Below, one piece after another: positions 20,747 through 30,010 of a stretch of DNA of 64,000 nucleotides. Origin of the DNA: an uncultured delta proteobacterium (GTDB lineage: Bacteria > Myxococcota_A > Polyangia > Polyangiales > Polyangiaceae); NCBI GenBank assembly GCA_963806225.1, contig CAWDXG010000004.1:864001-928000 (forward strand), written 5' to 3'. The position numbers and the translations under genes are program-made. The notes under the pieces are model-generated. The model did not search any database. It was not told the origin of the DNA and worked only from the letters and a program-made list of their open reading frames with translations. How positions within the stretch are numbered: the stretch's first letter is position 1; every line of letters starts with the position of its first letter.

Positions 20747-21708
20747 GCTTCGCTCTCGTCGGGCGCGATCGGGATGCGCACGGTGAAGCGCGCGCCTCCC
20801 GACGGCGCGCTGTCACAGCACAGCTCGCCGCCGTGCTCGGCCACGATGCCCTGCGACACCGACAGCCCGAGCCCGGTCCCCTCGCCGAGCGCCTTGGTAG
20901 TGAAGAACGGCTCGAAGATCTGTGCGGCGTGCTCGAGCGGGATGCCTCCGCCACTATCCTCGACAGCGTAGCTGATGTGCGCGCCGTCCTGCTCGACGGC
21001 GATGCGGATGTTCCGCGGCGCTTCGGCGGGCAGCGCGTCGAGTGCGTCGCGCGCGTTCGCGAGCAGATTGACGAACACCTGCTCGAGCCGTTCTGCGTCT
21101 CCGAGGAGCCGCGGCAGATCCGATGCGACCTGCAGGTCGAGATCGATGCCGTGCTGTTTCAGCTGCTCGCCCAGCAGCTCCAGCGCGTCGGCGAGGGGCA
21201 GCTCGGGTTCAATGCGGCGGTGCTTGAAGGACGACTGCCGCGCGAAGGTCCGGACGTTGTCGACAATGTGCCCCATGCGCTCGGCGGCCTTGCCGATCAG
21301 CTCGAGGTCCGCGACATGGTCGGCGACGCGGGCTTCGGCGTGTTCGGGGATGAGCTCTGCCAGCGTGCGGATCACGGTCAGCGGCTGGTTGAGCTCGTGC
21401 GCGACACCGCCGGCGAGCTGGCCGAGCGCAGCGAGCTTGGTGGACTGGACCAGCTGCTGCTGGGTGCGCGACAGCTCCTCGCGCTCGTGCCGGAGCGCCT
21501 CGACCAGTCGAGCAACCTCTTCGGCGGTAGCGTTGACCAGGAATGCCAGTACGTCGAGCGGATCCCCACTGTGGTCGCGCTCGGCGCGGGCATCGAAACG
21601 TCCCGCCGCGATGGAGAGCAGCACCTCGGTGATTCGGCCGAGCGCCGGTTCGAGCTCGGCGGCGAGCTCACCGCGGTCGCCCGCGGGTCGCTCAGAGCGG
21701 TCCGCCAT
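20743..21708 (-). CDS. Cytoplasmic NtrB-like sensor histidine kinase
   Basis: H box AHELNQPL; N box QVFVNLLANA; G boxes DSGGG and GTGLGL; FEPFFTTK; no TM segment. Confidence 0.92.
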   Translation of the reverse strand: MADRSERPAGDRGELAAELEPALGRITEVLLSIAAGRFDARAERDHSGDPLDVLAFLVNATAEEVARLVEALRHEREELSRTQQQLVQSTKLAALGQLAGGVAHELNQPLTVIRTLAELIPEHAEARVADHVADLELIGKAAERMGHIVDNVRTFARQSSFKHRRIEPELPLADALELLGEQLKQHGIDLDLQVASDLPRLLGDAERLEQVFVNLLANARDALDALPAEAPRNIRIAVEQDGAHISYAVEDSGGGIPLEHAAQIFEPFFTTKALGEGTGLGLSVSQGIVAEHGGELCCDSAPSGGARFTVRIPIAPDESEA

Positions 21709-22124
21709 GTTCCTCTACCATCCTGCGCGCCCAGGTTTCGGCCGCCGGAAGATCCGGAAACATCTTCAGCAAGACGCGGGGCCGGTTCAGACCCATGAAG
21801 AACGAGCCGATGGCACGGGAGAGCGCCGAGCCGCACACCAGGGCCAGCCCGCAGTAGAGGTCCGGGTCGGCTTCCTCGGTCCAGACGCGGCGACTGCCGG
21901 CATCCTGCGAGCGCACGTCGTCGAGCACCACGATCAGCGCCGCGCGGCGACCGCGCTCGCGCACGATGCGTGCGAATTCCTCCAGCGAGGCGCGCGCGTC
22001 GGGCTCGGACTGGACGTAGCCCTTGCGTGGAACGGCGATGACGATGTCCGGGGCCAGTTCGTAGTATGCGCCGGCGGCGGTCCCCCCGACCGCGTCTCAA
22101 CTCACCCGGGTCGAAGCCTGCCAC
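21692..22124 (-). CDS. STAS/SEC14-like small protein (one frameshift)
   Basis: ..YYELAPDIVIAVP..LALVCGSALSRAIGSFFMGLNRPRVLLKMFPDLPAAETW; overlaps the kinase start. Confidence 0.6.
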
Positions 22125-22198
22125 GATGGCGAAGCCTAGCGCGCCGGGGCCAGCACGTCCCGTTTTTCCGGAAACCTGGAGCGCCCTGTGGAAGGCGC

Positions 22199-23011
22199 CT
22201 AGGCGACGTGCACCAGCCGCCGGAGCCCTTCGCTCGCCAGCTGCAGGGTGCCGCTCGCGAGGGCGACGGCCACCGCGCCGACCGCCAGCACGTGCGGGGC
22301 GCGCAGCATGGCCAGTGTGCCCTGCTCCAGCAGCGAGCCGAGGCTCACCCCGTCAGGCGGGCCGAGCCCGACGAAGCCGAGGGCCGTCTCGCCGAGCACC
22401 ACGCCCGCGGCCGCGGTACCGAGCTGGACGGCGACCGGGCCAAGCAGGTTCGGCAGCACGTGCGCCATCACAACGCGCGCGCGCGGCGCGCCGAGCGCCC
22501 GCGCGGCTTCTACGAACTGCGAATCGGCGAGGGTCCGCGCCTGCGCCACGCTGATGCGCGCGAACGACGCCCACGAGGTCACGCAGAACACCAGGCCGAT
22601 GTACAGACGCGACGGCACCTCCACCGCGGACAACACAGCCAGCGCCATCAGGAACGTCGGAAACGACTGCACCAGATCGCACACGCGCAGCGTCCAGCGT
22701 TCGAAGCGCCCCCGCGAGAGCCCTGCCGCGCCGCCGAGCGGTGTGCCAACCAGGAAACCAAAGAGCGAGACCGAAGCGGCGAGCGCCAGCGCGCGCAGCG
22801 TCGCGTGACACGCCAGCGGCAAGAGGTCGACGCCCGCGTCGCCGCTGCCCAGCGGCCGCCCCGCCGTCGGCCCAGCCCAGGCGAGCTCGAGCGTCAGGCG
22901 CGATGGCGAGTGGTGCGAGAGGAGCGCGTAGAGGCCGGTCCCGAGCGCCAGCAGCAGAGCCGGCAGGAGCGCCAGCAGCGCCGCGCGGCGACGCCTCGAG
23001 TCGCGGTTCAT
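22199..23011 (-). CDS. Peptide/nickel ABC transporter permease (DppC/OppC-like)
   Basis: PLGSGDAGVDL; EAA motif FVEAARALGA..HVLPN; ETALGFVGLG. Confidence 0.88.
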   Translation of the reverse strand: MNRDSRRRRAALLALLPALLLALGTGLYALLSHHSPSRLTLELAWAGPTAGRPLGSGDAGVDLLPLACHATLRALALAASVSLFGFLVGTPLGGAAGLSRGRFERWTLRVCDLVQSFPTFLMALAVLSAVEVPSRLYIGLVFCVTSWASFARISVAQARTLADSQFVEAARALGAPRARVVMAHVLPNLLGPVAVQLGTAAAGVVLGETALGFVGLGPPDGVSLGSLLEQGTLAMLRAPHVLAVGAVAVALASGTLQLASEGLRRLVHVA

Positions 23012-24009
23012 TCCTGCCCCCGCGGGTCGATCACGGCCGACAGCGCCGCGGCCGCGGCCTGGGCCGCCACGAACAGGAAGCCCGCCGCGATCACCGACGC
23101 CTCGAGCACCGGGATGTCGCGCGCGGCGTAGGCCTGGAGCATCAGGGTGCCGAGGCCGGGGCGCTCGAACAGCCGCTCGAGCACGACCGCGCCTCCGAGC
23201 AGCGCGCCGAGCTGCGTCGCGATCACGACCGCAATCGGCGCCGAGGCCGGCGGCAGTGCGTGCACGACCCAGACGCGGAGGCTGGACGCACCCTTGGCCT
23301 TGGCCACGTCGAGGAACTTCGCGTTCTGCTGATCGAGCAGAGCCGCCCGCGCGATGCGCGCGACCTGCGCCGCGAGAGGCAACGACAGGAGCCCCGAGGC
23401 GAAGAGCAGCCCGGAGAAGCCGCTTTCGGGATCGCCCGGCAGTGGCACCAGCCGCCAATGCACAGCCACCACGAACGTCATCAGCGGCGCGAACGCCACA
23501 AGCGGCGTCGCAGCGACGACCAGAATGCCGCGGTGCACCCAGTCACGCCCCCGACGCAGCCACGGCGCGACGGAGAACAGCGCCGCGGCGATGCCGAGCA
23601 CGGAGCCGAGGCCGACAGCGAGGCCCGCCAGCCTGGACGTGGGACCGAGCGCCCGGCCCACCTCGGCGAAGGCGCCCACGCCCGGTCGCGTGAGCGAGTC
23701 GCCGATGTCGAGCGTGAACAGTCCGCGCAGGTAGTGCAGGTACTGCAACCACAACGGAGCATCGAGGCCGAGCCGCGCGCGCAGGGCCGCGCGATCGGCG
23801 AGCGAGGCCTGATCGCCGAGGATCAGCGCAGCGGGGTCGCCCGGCAGCAGCCTGAGCGCCAGGAACACCAGCGTCGCCAGCACCACGAGCACGCCGAGCG
23901 CGCCGAGCGTGCGCGTCGCGATCGGCCACAGCGCGCGCCCGACCTGGGCAAGTCGCTCGCCGAGCCCACGGCCGGAGACGGCCCGGCCCGGACGAGCGGC
24001 AGCGGACAT
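23008..24009 (-). CDS. Peptide/nickel ABC transporter permease (DppB/OppB-like)
   Basis: LLPGDPA..LGLDAPLWLQY; AKAKGAS..HAL; ERLFERPGLG; IDPR. Confidence 0.9.
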   Translation of the reverse strand: MSAAARPGRAVSGRGLGERLAQVGRALWPIATRTLGALGVLVVLATLVFLALRLLPGDPAALILGDQASLADRAALRARLGLDAPLWLQYLHYLRGLFTLDIGDSLTRPGVGAFAEVGRALGPTSRLAGLAVGLGSVLGIAAALFSVAPWLRRGRDWVHRGILVVAATPLVAFAPLMTFVVAVHWRLVPLPGDPESGFSGLLFASGLLSLPLAAQVARIARAALLDQQNAKFLDVAKAKGASSLRVWVVHALPPASAPIAVVIATQLGALLGGAVVLERLFERPGLGTLMLQAYAARDIPVLEASVIAAGFLFVAAQAAAAALSAVIDPRGQE

Positions 24010-24704
24010 CAGTCCGCCGTCGCGTCGGAGGCGTCGCCCTGCGCGGCGTCGGTCGAGCTGTCCACGCCCGCCTCGCCGCTGTCCACGCCCGCCTCGCCGC
24101 TGTCCACGCCCGCCTCGCCGCTGTCCACGGAAGCGTCGGCTGCGCTGTCCGGCGCGGCGTCGCGGCCGGCCTCGGCGTCCGGTCCGGCCTCGAACGAACC
24201 GTACCCGCCGTCGTCCTGCCCGGTGCACACCGCGGTGTCGGCGTCGGCCGACACCGGAGCGCCGCTCAGGGGTACGGCACACACGCGGCCGTCCACCTTG
24301 CCCTTGTCGGCACCGTGCTCGACCACGACAGCGCCGAAGGGGTTGTTCCTGACGTTCATGTCGATGCAGGCATAGCCGGCGCGGCAATCGCTGTTCTTCG
24401 AGCACTTGGCCATGCAGAACGTCCGCTCGAGCCGGGCGCTCCCCTGCGGGTCCGCGCACGCCGCCGCCTGCGAGGGATGCGCCTTGAACGCGACGCAGAT
24501 CGCTTCGCTCGGGCAGCTTCCCGGTTCGCAGTTGAAGAGCGTGCAGTAGCCGCCGGGCTGCGTCGAGTCGCAGAGCCGCCCGCCGGTCGCGGAGCAGTCG
24601 GTCGAGACCGAGCACGCATCGCCGATCTTGGGCGCGCAGCCGGCGAGTGCCGAAAGCGAGAGCAGGAGCGCTCCTGAAAGGAGCATCAGGTCGTGCCGGG
24701 TCAT
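24009..24704 (-). CDS. Cys-rich lipoprotein with acidic repeat tail
   Basis: Lipobox LAGC; about 12 Cys; (VDSGEAG) x3 tail. Confidence 0.8.
   Translation of the reverse strand: MTRHDLMLLSGALLLSLSALAGCAPKIGDACSVSTDCSATGGRLCDSTQPGGYCTLFNCEPGSCPSEAICVAFKAHPSQAAACADPQGSARLERTFCMAKCSKNSDCRAGYACIDMNVRNNPFGAVVVEHGADKGKVDGRVCAVPLSGAPVSADADTAVCTGQDDGGYGSFEAGPDAEAGRDAAPDSAADASVDSGEAGVDSGEAGVDSGEAGVDSSTDAAQGDASDATAD
24057..24128 (-). repeat. 21-bp tandem repeat (3+ copies)
   Basis: gctgtccacgcccgcctcgcc repeated. Confidence 0.9.
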
Positions 24705-24753
24705 GTGAGGCGGGCGGACTGTAGCAGCAGATTTTCCGGAGCGGTGTGTCGAG

Positions 24754-24782
24754 TTGACACGCTAGGGGCCGGAGCCTAGAAC
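24754..24782 (+). promoter_or_regulatory. Sigma70-like promoter for the ferredoxin operon
   Basis: TTGACA, 17-nt spacer, TAGAAC, 41 nt upstream of ATG 24824. Confidence 0.55.
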
Positions 24783-24823
24783 CCCATCATATCTGCCGTT
24801 TTGCGGCCCCGATCGCGTTCTCC

Positions 24824-25129
24824 ATGGCTACCTACATCACCGAAGACTGCATCAACTGCGGCGCCTGCGAGCCGGAGTGCCCCAACGAGGCCATCTCCGA
24901 AGGCGACGAGATCTACGTCATCGACCCGGAGCTGTGCACCGAGTGCGTGGGCTTCTACGACCACGAGGCCTGCCAGGCAGTGTGTCCCGTCGAGTGCTGC
25001 CTGCCCGATCCCAACCGCGCCGAGACGGAAGACACGCTGATCGCGCGCGCGCTCAGGCTGCATCCGGACGACGATGAACTGAAGCAGCGCGCCGAAGCGA
25101 ACGACTACCCGTCGCGCTTCCGGAAGTAG
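24824..25129 (+). CDS. YfhL-family 2x[4Fe-4S] ferredoxin
   Basis: CINCGACEPECP and CTECVG..CQAVCP. Confidence 0.93.
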   Translation: MATYITEDCINCGACEPECPNEAISEGDEIYVIDPELCTECVGFYDHEACQAVCPVECCLPDPNRAETEDTLIARALRLHPDDDELKQRAEANDYPSRFRK

Positions 25130-25135
25130 CGGGTC

Positions 25136-26005
25136 GTGGCCATCCCGCGGGCCGCTCTCCTGCCGGTGCTGCTCTCGGCCGTCGGCTGCGGAGGAGCCGT
25201 GCCGTTGCTGCACCCTGCGCATACACTTGCGACAGGCAAGGTGAGCATGGGCGGCGGGGTGGCTGCTCAGTTCGTCACGGGAGGCGCGAGCTCGGCGATC
25301 GATCGCGGTCGCCAGGCCGGCGGCGGCACAGGCGCCGTCCCGCAGGATTCCAGCGCCGAGCGGGACCTCGTCGCGGGCGCGCTGGCCGACAAGCTGACGG
25401 CTCCTGGACTCTCGCCCTGGGTCGGCGCGCGCGCCGGGATCGGCTTCACCAGCGACGCGGGCGTGACCTGGACGGGTCGCAGCGTGCGCATTGATGGGCG
25501 ACACGCGTTCGAGAGCAAGCACTACGCCCTCAGCATCGGCCTGGGCGCGAGCGGCGTGCTCTCCCAGCCGGGCGCGGACAAGCCCGGGCAGACTTCACGC
25601 GGCGGCCGCGATATCCCGGGTGTGGATTCTGCTGGCGCCAGCGGCTGGGGTCTCGACGTGCCCGTGCTGGTGGGCTACCGCAGCAGCGCGTCCCTGGTGC
25701 AGGTGTGGGGCGGCATCCGCGGTGGTTTCGAGCACATCGGCGGCGATTTCTACCTGCGCACGGATCTCGATCCAACCATCGAACAGACCGCGCCCGTGGA
25801 TGCCCGGCGCTGGTTTGCCGGCGGCTTGATCGGCGTCGCGGTCGAAATCGAACCGTTCTGGCTGGGAGCCGAGCTGGACGTTGCCTACCAGTCGCTGCAG
25901 GGCTCGCTCAGGTTGGAAGATGCCGCGGGCGGAACCCGTAGCATAGGGGCGACGCTGTCCGGACTGACCGTCGGTCCGGGCGGCGCCCTGGCCGCCAGAT
26001 TCTGA
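25136..26005 (+). CDS. Hypothetical lipoprotein with beta-barrel-like body
   Basis: Lipobox AVGC; amphipathic beta strands; terminal Phe. Confidence 0.6.
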   Translation: MAIPRAALLPVLLSAVGCGGAVPLLHPAHTLATGKVSMGGGVAAQFVTGGASSAIDRGRQAGGGTGAVPQDSSAERDLVAGALADKLTAPGLSPWVGARAGIGFTSDAGVTWTGRSVRIDGRHAFESKHYALSIGLGASGVLSQPGADKPGQTSRGGRDIPGVDSAGASGWGLDVPVLVGYRSSASLVQVWGGIRGGFEHIGGDFYLRTDLDPTIEQTAPVDARRWFAGGLIGVAVEIEPFWLGAELDVAYQSLQGSLRLEDAAGGTRSIGATLSGLTVGPGGALAARF

Positions 26006-26136
26006 TGACTTCCGTAACTGCTTCGGTACCGCGCCCGGCGGAAGTGGACCCTGAGGACGCGAACCGCGACCGGGCCGGCCGTCCGGGGGCGATCGGTCCG
26101 CTTGCCCCCGGAAGGGCCGCGCCGTACCATGGGCTC

Positions 26137-27072
26137 GTGCACCTGGATCGGTCCACAAAAGCCACCGGGCCCTGCCCCGACCCGGCAAGTGCAGCTGTGC
26201 GCGGGCGCGGAGCCACGCGGCTGTCCGTCGCCCTGCTGCTCGGCGCAGCGTTGACGGCCTTCGGCTGCTCGGCGGAAACCGCCGACTACGCCACCGACGC
26301 CGACACCGGCAGCACGCATGCCCTCATCTCGATCGAGCGCAGCACCGCGGTCGACAGCGACAACGCCACGCGCGCTGGTGCGCTCGCCGGCTTCGTACAC
26401 ACGCCGGCCGATGTCGATGCGCAGGCCGTGCTCGGCCTGGTCGGCCTCGCGCAGAAGCTGCCCTCGCCGGGTCAGTGCGCCACGCTCACCGGCGCGACGC
26501 ACGTGTCGTCGATGGGACACGTCGAGCTGCTCGAGGCCGGTGACATCTCGGTCGATGTGGCGGGCAGCTCGACCACGCTCGCGCCGCGCGCCTTCCCGAC
26601 CGTGACGGACCGGGTCTCCGGCGTGATGTACACCACGCGGGACCGCTCCGAGCCGCTGCCCGCCGCCGCGCACTATACGATCCAGAGCTCCGGCGGGATG
26701 TCGGTGGCGCCGCTCACACTCGAAGCCGACGCTCCGTCTGCGCTCGAAGGCGTCACGGCCGGTGGTCTGCCGCTTTCGGAGGTGGGCGCGCTGTCGACAA
26801 GCCAGCCCGTCGACGTGACGTGGAACGTCGGCAGGCCGGGTGACCTCGTCTACGTCGAGCTGTCGCGGATCGACGGCTCGAGCAGCACGGTGTGCAGCTT
26901 CCGCGACGACGCCGGAAGCGGCACCATCCCCGCCCGCAGCGTCGCACCGTCGCAGAACGGCCGGCTCTCGTTCCACCGCCTGCGGGAGCGCACGTTCGCG
27001 ACCGGCGACATCCAGGACGTGGAGCTGCGCTTCGACTTCGAGTTGGCGGCCAACGTCAGCTTCATCGAGTAG
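26137..27072 (+). CDS. Hypothetical lipoprotein
   Basis: Lipobox AFGC; in-frame GTG 26137 lies 6 nt after TACCAT. The start is uncertain. Confidence 0.65.
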   Translation: MHLDRSTKATGPCPDPASAAVRGRGATRLSVALLLGAALTAFGCSAETADYATDADTGSTHALISIERSTAVDSDNATRAGALAGFVHTPADVDAQAVLGLVGLAQKLPSPGQCATLTGATHVSSMGHVELLEAGDISVDVAGSSTTLAPRAFPTVTDRVSGVMYTTRDRSEPLPAAAHYTIQSSGGMSVAPLTLEADAPSALEGVTAGGLPLSEVGALSTSQPVDVTWNVGRPGDLVYVELSRIDGSSSTVCSFRDDAGSGTIPARSVAPSQNGRLSFHRLRERTFATGDIQDVELRFDFELAANVSFIE

Positions 27073-27103
27073 CGGACGCGCTACCGCGGGGGACGCGGAA
27101 TCC

Positions 27104-28066
27104 ATGCAGCGGCTCGCGTGGTGTCTGGCGATGCTCCTTGCGATCGCGCTCTTGCCCGGACGCGCCGTGGCGGCCCATCACGCGCATCGCCCGGGCCATC
27201 ACCACCGCCGCATGTCCTACGCCCGCTATCGGCACTACGTCAGGCTCTGGCACAAGAAGGACCCGAAGCGCAAAGCGCCGCTCGACGCGCACGGCCGCCC
27301 CGAGCTGGTCATCGAGAGCATCAACACGCGCGAACAGATCGCGCTCTCGCCCATCAGCGACCGGGGCGGCTTCTCCGCAAGCGAGCTCGAGCGCGCAGCA
27401 CGCGTGCTGCGCGACCAGCACACGGGCAACGAGTTTCCAGTGGACCCGGGGGTCGTCGACATCCTGTACAGGCTGCAGCGCCACTTCAAGACGCACAGCA
27501 TCCGCGTCATCTCGGCGTACCGCACACCGCACCGGGGCAGCCACTCGCGCCACGGCCAGGGCCGCGCCATCGATCTGGTCGTCCCCGGCGCCAGCGACCG
27601 CGCGGTCGCGCGCTTCGTCCGCGACCTCGGTTTCTGCGGCGTGGGCGTGTACACGCGCAGCGGCTTCGTGCACGTCGACGTGCGCGCGCGAAGCTACTTC
27701 TGGGTGGATCACAGCGGTCCCGGGCAGCCGAACCGCGCGCGCACGGTACTCCGCAAACTGGCGAAGGGAGTCGACCGCCGCGCGCTGGCGGCGGGGTGCC
27801 CGCGCCCGCACGCCAGTGTGCGGCCCGATCCCGATGTCGAGGCCGTGTGGAACGCGGACTCGGTCTGGCCCGAAACCCGCCTGGCTCGACAACTCGCCGC
27901 ACACCGGGCCGAGCCGGCACCCCAGCGTGCCCATGGCGGCGACCAGGACGCGAAGGGCAACGTCGCCGCGGCGACGAGCGACCAGCACGCCGACGACTCC
28001 AGCAACGACGAAGCCAACGACGACGACCGGACCGCCGAACAGGCCGCCGAGCGCGGGGCGAAGTGA
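27104..28066 (+). CDS. YcbK/DUF882 (peptidase M15-like) cell-wall peptidase
   Basis: Signal peptide; ISAYRT..SRHGQGRAIDL; GVGVYTRSGFVHVDVR. Confidence 0.85.
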   Translation: MQRLAWCLAMLLAIALLPGRAVAAHHAHRPGHHHRRMSYARYRHYVRLWHKKDPKRKAPLDAHGRPELVIESINTREQIALSPISDRGGFSASELERAARVLRDQHTGNEFPVDPGVVDILYRLQRHFKTHSIRVISAYRTPHRGSHSRHGQGRAIDLVVPGASDRAVARFVRDLGFCGVGVYTRSGFVHVDVRARSYFWVDHSGPGQPNRARTVLRKLAKGVDRRALAAGCPRPHASVRPDPDVEAVWNADSVWPETRLARQLAAHRAEPAPQRAHGGDQDAKGNVAAATSDQHADDSSNDEANDDDRTAEQAAERGAK

Positions 28067-29973
28067 GCACCGAGCTCGAAGCCCTCGTGCGCGACGACCG
28101 CCTCGAGGAAGCGGCGGAGCTCGCCGAACGGCTCGGCGACCCGGCGCGCGCGGCGGAGCTGTGGGAGCGAGCCTGTAGCTACGAGCGAGCGGCGCGCGCG
28201 GCGCTCGCCGCCGGCGAGCCCGATCGGGCGCTGGGGCTCGCCGCGCGCAGCGACGCTCGCGATCTGGTCGAGCAGGCGATCACCGCACTGTCCGTTGACC
28301 GCGAGCGCGCGGCCCAGATCGCCCGGTCGCTCGCCGATGCCGGGCAGGCGCGGGTCGCCGCACGGCTCGGACTCGCCATCGACGACCCGCGCGGCGCCGC
28401 TCTCGATTTCGAGCGCGCAGGCGATCTGCTCGAAGCGGCCTCGGCGTTCGAGCGCGCGGGCGACGCTCGCAACGCCGCGCGCTGTCTGGAAGCAGAGCTC
28501 ACGCGCGACGCGGGAAGCGAGATCGCCCGGCTCGGCCTGGGCCGGCTGCTCGCGGCTCACGGGCGGCTTCGCGCCGCGTCGCGCGTGCTGCAGCAGATCC
28601 CTCGGGACGCCGTCGAGCGACGCGAGGCATTGCCCGTGCTGAAGCGTGCGCTCGAGGGCCTCGGGCTCGACGGCTCCGCACGCGAGGTGGGGCACGAGAT
28701 GCGCGCGCTCGGCGTCGAGGAGGGACCGCCTGCTCCGGCCCCGTCCGCCGACGGCGATGACCGCGAGCGCCTGTTCGGTCGCTACGAGGTCGTGCGCCGG
28801 ATCGCCACCACGCCCGCTGCGCGAGTCTACGAGGCGATCGATCGCGTCGGCGGGGCGCGCGTCGCCGTCAAGGTGTTCGCCGCCGCGGGCATCGAGCAGT
28901 CCGGCCGCGATGCCCTCTTGCGCTTCGAGCGCGAAGCGCGCGCACTCGGGCAGCTCCGTCATCCCGCGATCGTGCCGCTGATCGACTGGCTGCCGGCGGG
29001 GCCCGCCGTGGTGCTGGCATGGATGCCGGGAGGATCGCTGGCGGATCTGCTGGCACACGGCCCCATTGCGCCCGCGCGCGGCGTCGAAATCATCTCCGCC
29101 GTGCTCGCAGCGCTCGGTGAAGCGCATCGCCGCGGCATCCTGCACCGCGACATCAAGCCGGCCAATGTGCTGTTCGACGGCGCCGGCGCCGCCCATCTCG
29201 CCGATTTCGGCACCGCCCACGTCAGCGATTCCGCCGCCACCGTGACGAGCGGCGTGATCGGCACGCTGGCATACATGGCACCGGAGCAGCGGGCCGGGGC
29301 GCCCGCGGACATCCAGAGCGACATCTACGGCGCCGGAGCGCTTCTGTGGCACGCGCTCACCGGCGCCCCGCCGGGGGCGGCTCTGCCGTTCCTGTCCGAC
29401 GATCTCGCAAAACCCGCGCGCGCCGTGGCCCGGCGTCTGGTCGCAGCCGCCGCGGAGCGACCCGCCGATGCGCTGGAGGCGCGCGAAGCGCTGGCTGCCG
29501 TCGAGTGGCCGCGCCAGGTACCGCCCGCGCGTCCGGTAGAGCGCGTCGCCCGGGCACCGGAGTCGCAGCGCGGCGAGCGGCTCCAGCCGCTAGGCGGAGC
29601 GCGCTTCCGCGACACGCTGCTCGGCCGCGAGGTGCTGGTGCTGCACGCCGACGCCCCGACGCTCGAGCGCGTGCTGCCCTTCGCCCGCGCCGATCAACCG
29701 GCGCTCGCGGCGGTGCTCCGCCATGTCCCCGCCGACGGCGCCGTGTGGATCGAGGCCCCGCGCGGCAAGCCGCTGGATCGACCGCTCGACGAGCCGGAGC
29801 TCGCCAGGCTCGGCGAGGCGCTGGAGGCACTCCACCGTGCCGGCGGCTTCCACGGGCGGGTCGATCGCCGGCATGTGGTGCTCACCGGCGGCCGCATAGT
29901 GCTGTGTTTCCCACTCGAACCGCTCGGCCGTTCCGCCGAGGACGACCGGGCCGCGCTCATGGCTCTCGGCTGA
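28063..29973 (+). CDS. Ser/Thr protein kinase with N-terminal TPR-like region
   Basis: VAVK, HRDIKPAN, DFG, GTLAYMAPE, SDIY; GTGA overlap with the ycbK-like gene. Confidence 0.9.
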   Translation: MSTELEALVRDDRLEEAAELAERLGDPARAAELWERACSYERAARAALAAGEPDRALGLAARSDARDLVEQAITALSVDRERAAQIARSLADAGQARVAARLGLAIDDPRGAALDFERAGDLLEAASAFERAGDARNAARCLEAELTRDAGSEIARLGLGRLLAAHGRLRAASRVLQQIPRDAVERREALPVLKRALEGLGLDGSAREVGHEMRALGVEEGPPAPAPSADGDDRERLFGRYEVVRRIATTPAARVYEAIDRVGGARVAVKVFAAAGIEQSGRDALLRFEREARALGQLRHPAIVPLIDWLPAGPAVVLAWMPGGSLADLLAHGPIAPARGVEIISAVLAALGEAHRRGILHRDIKPANVLFDGAGAAHLADFGTAHVSDSAATVTSGVIGTLAYMAPEQRAGAPADIQSDIYGAGALLWHALTGAPPGAALPFLSDDLAKPARAVARRLVAAAAERPADALEAREALAAVEWPRQVPPARPVERVARAPESQRGERLQPLGGARFRDTLLGREVLVLHADAPTLERVLPFARADQPALAAVLRHVPADGAVWIEAPRGKPLDRPLDEPELARLGEALEALHRAGGFHGRVDRRHVVLTGGRIVLCFPLEPLGRSAEDDRAALMALG

Positions 29974-30010
29974 CGACAGCGCGGGCCATCACCGGTAGAC
30001 TGCCGACGCC

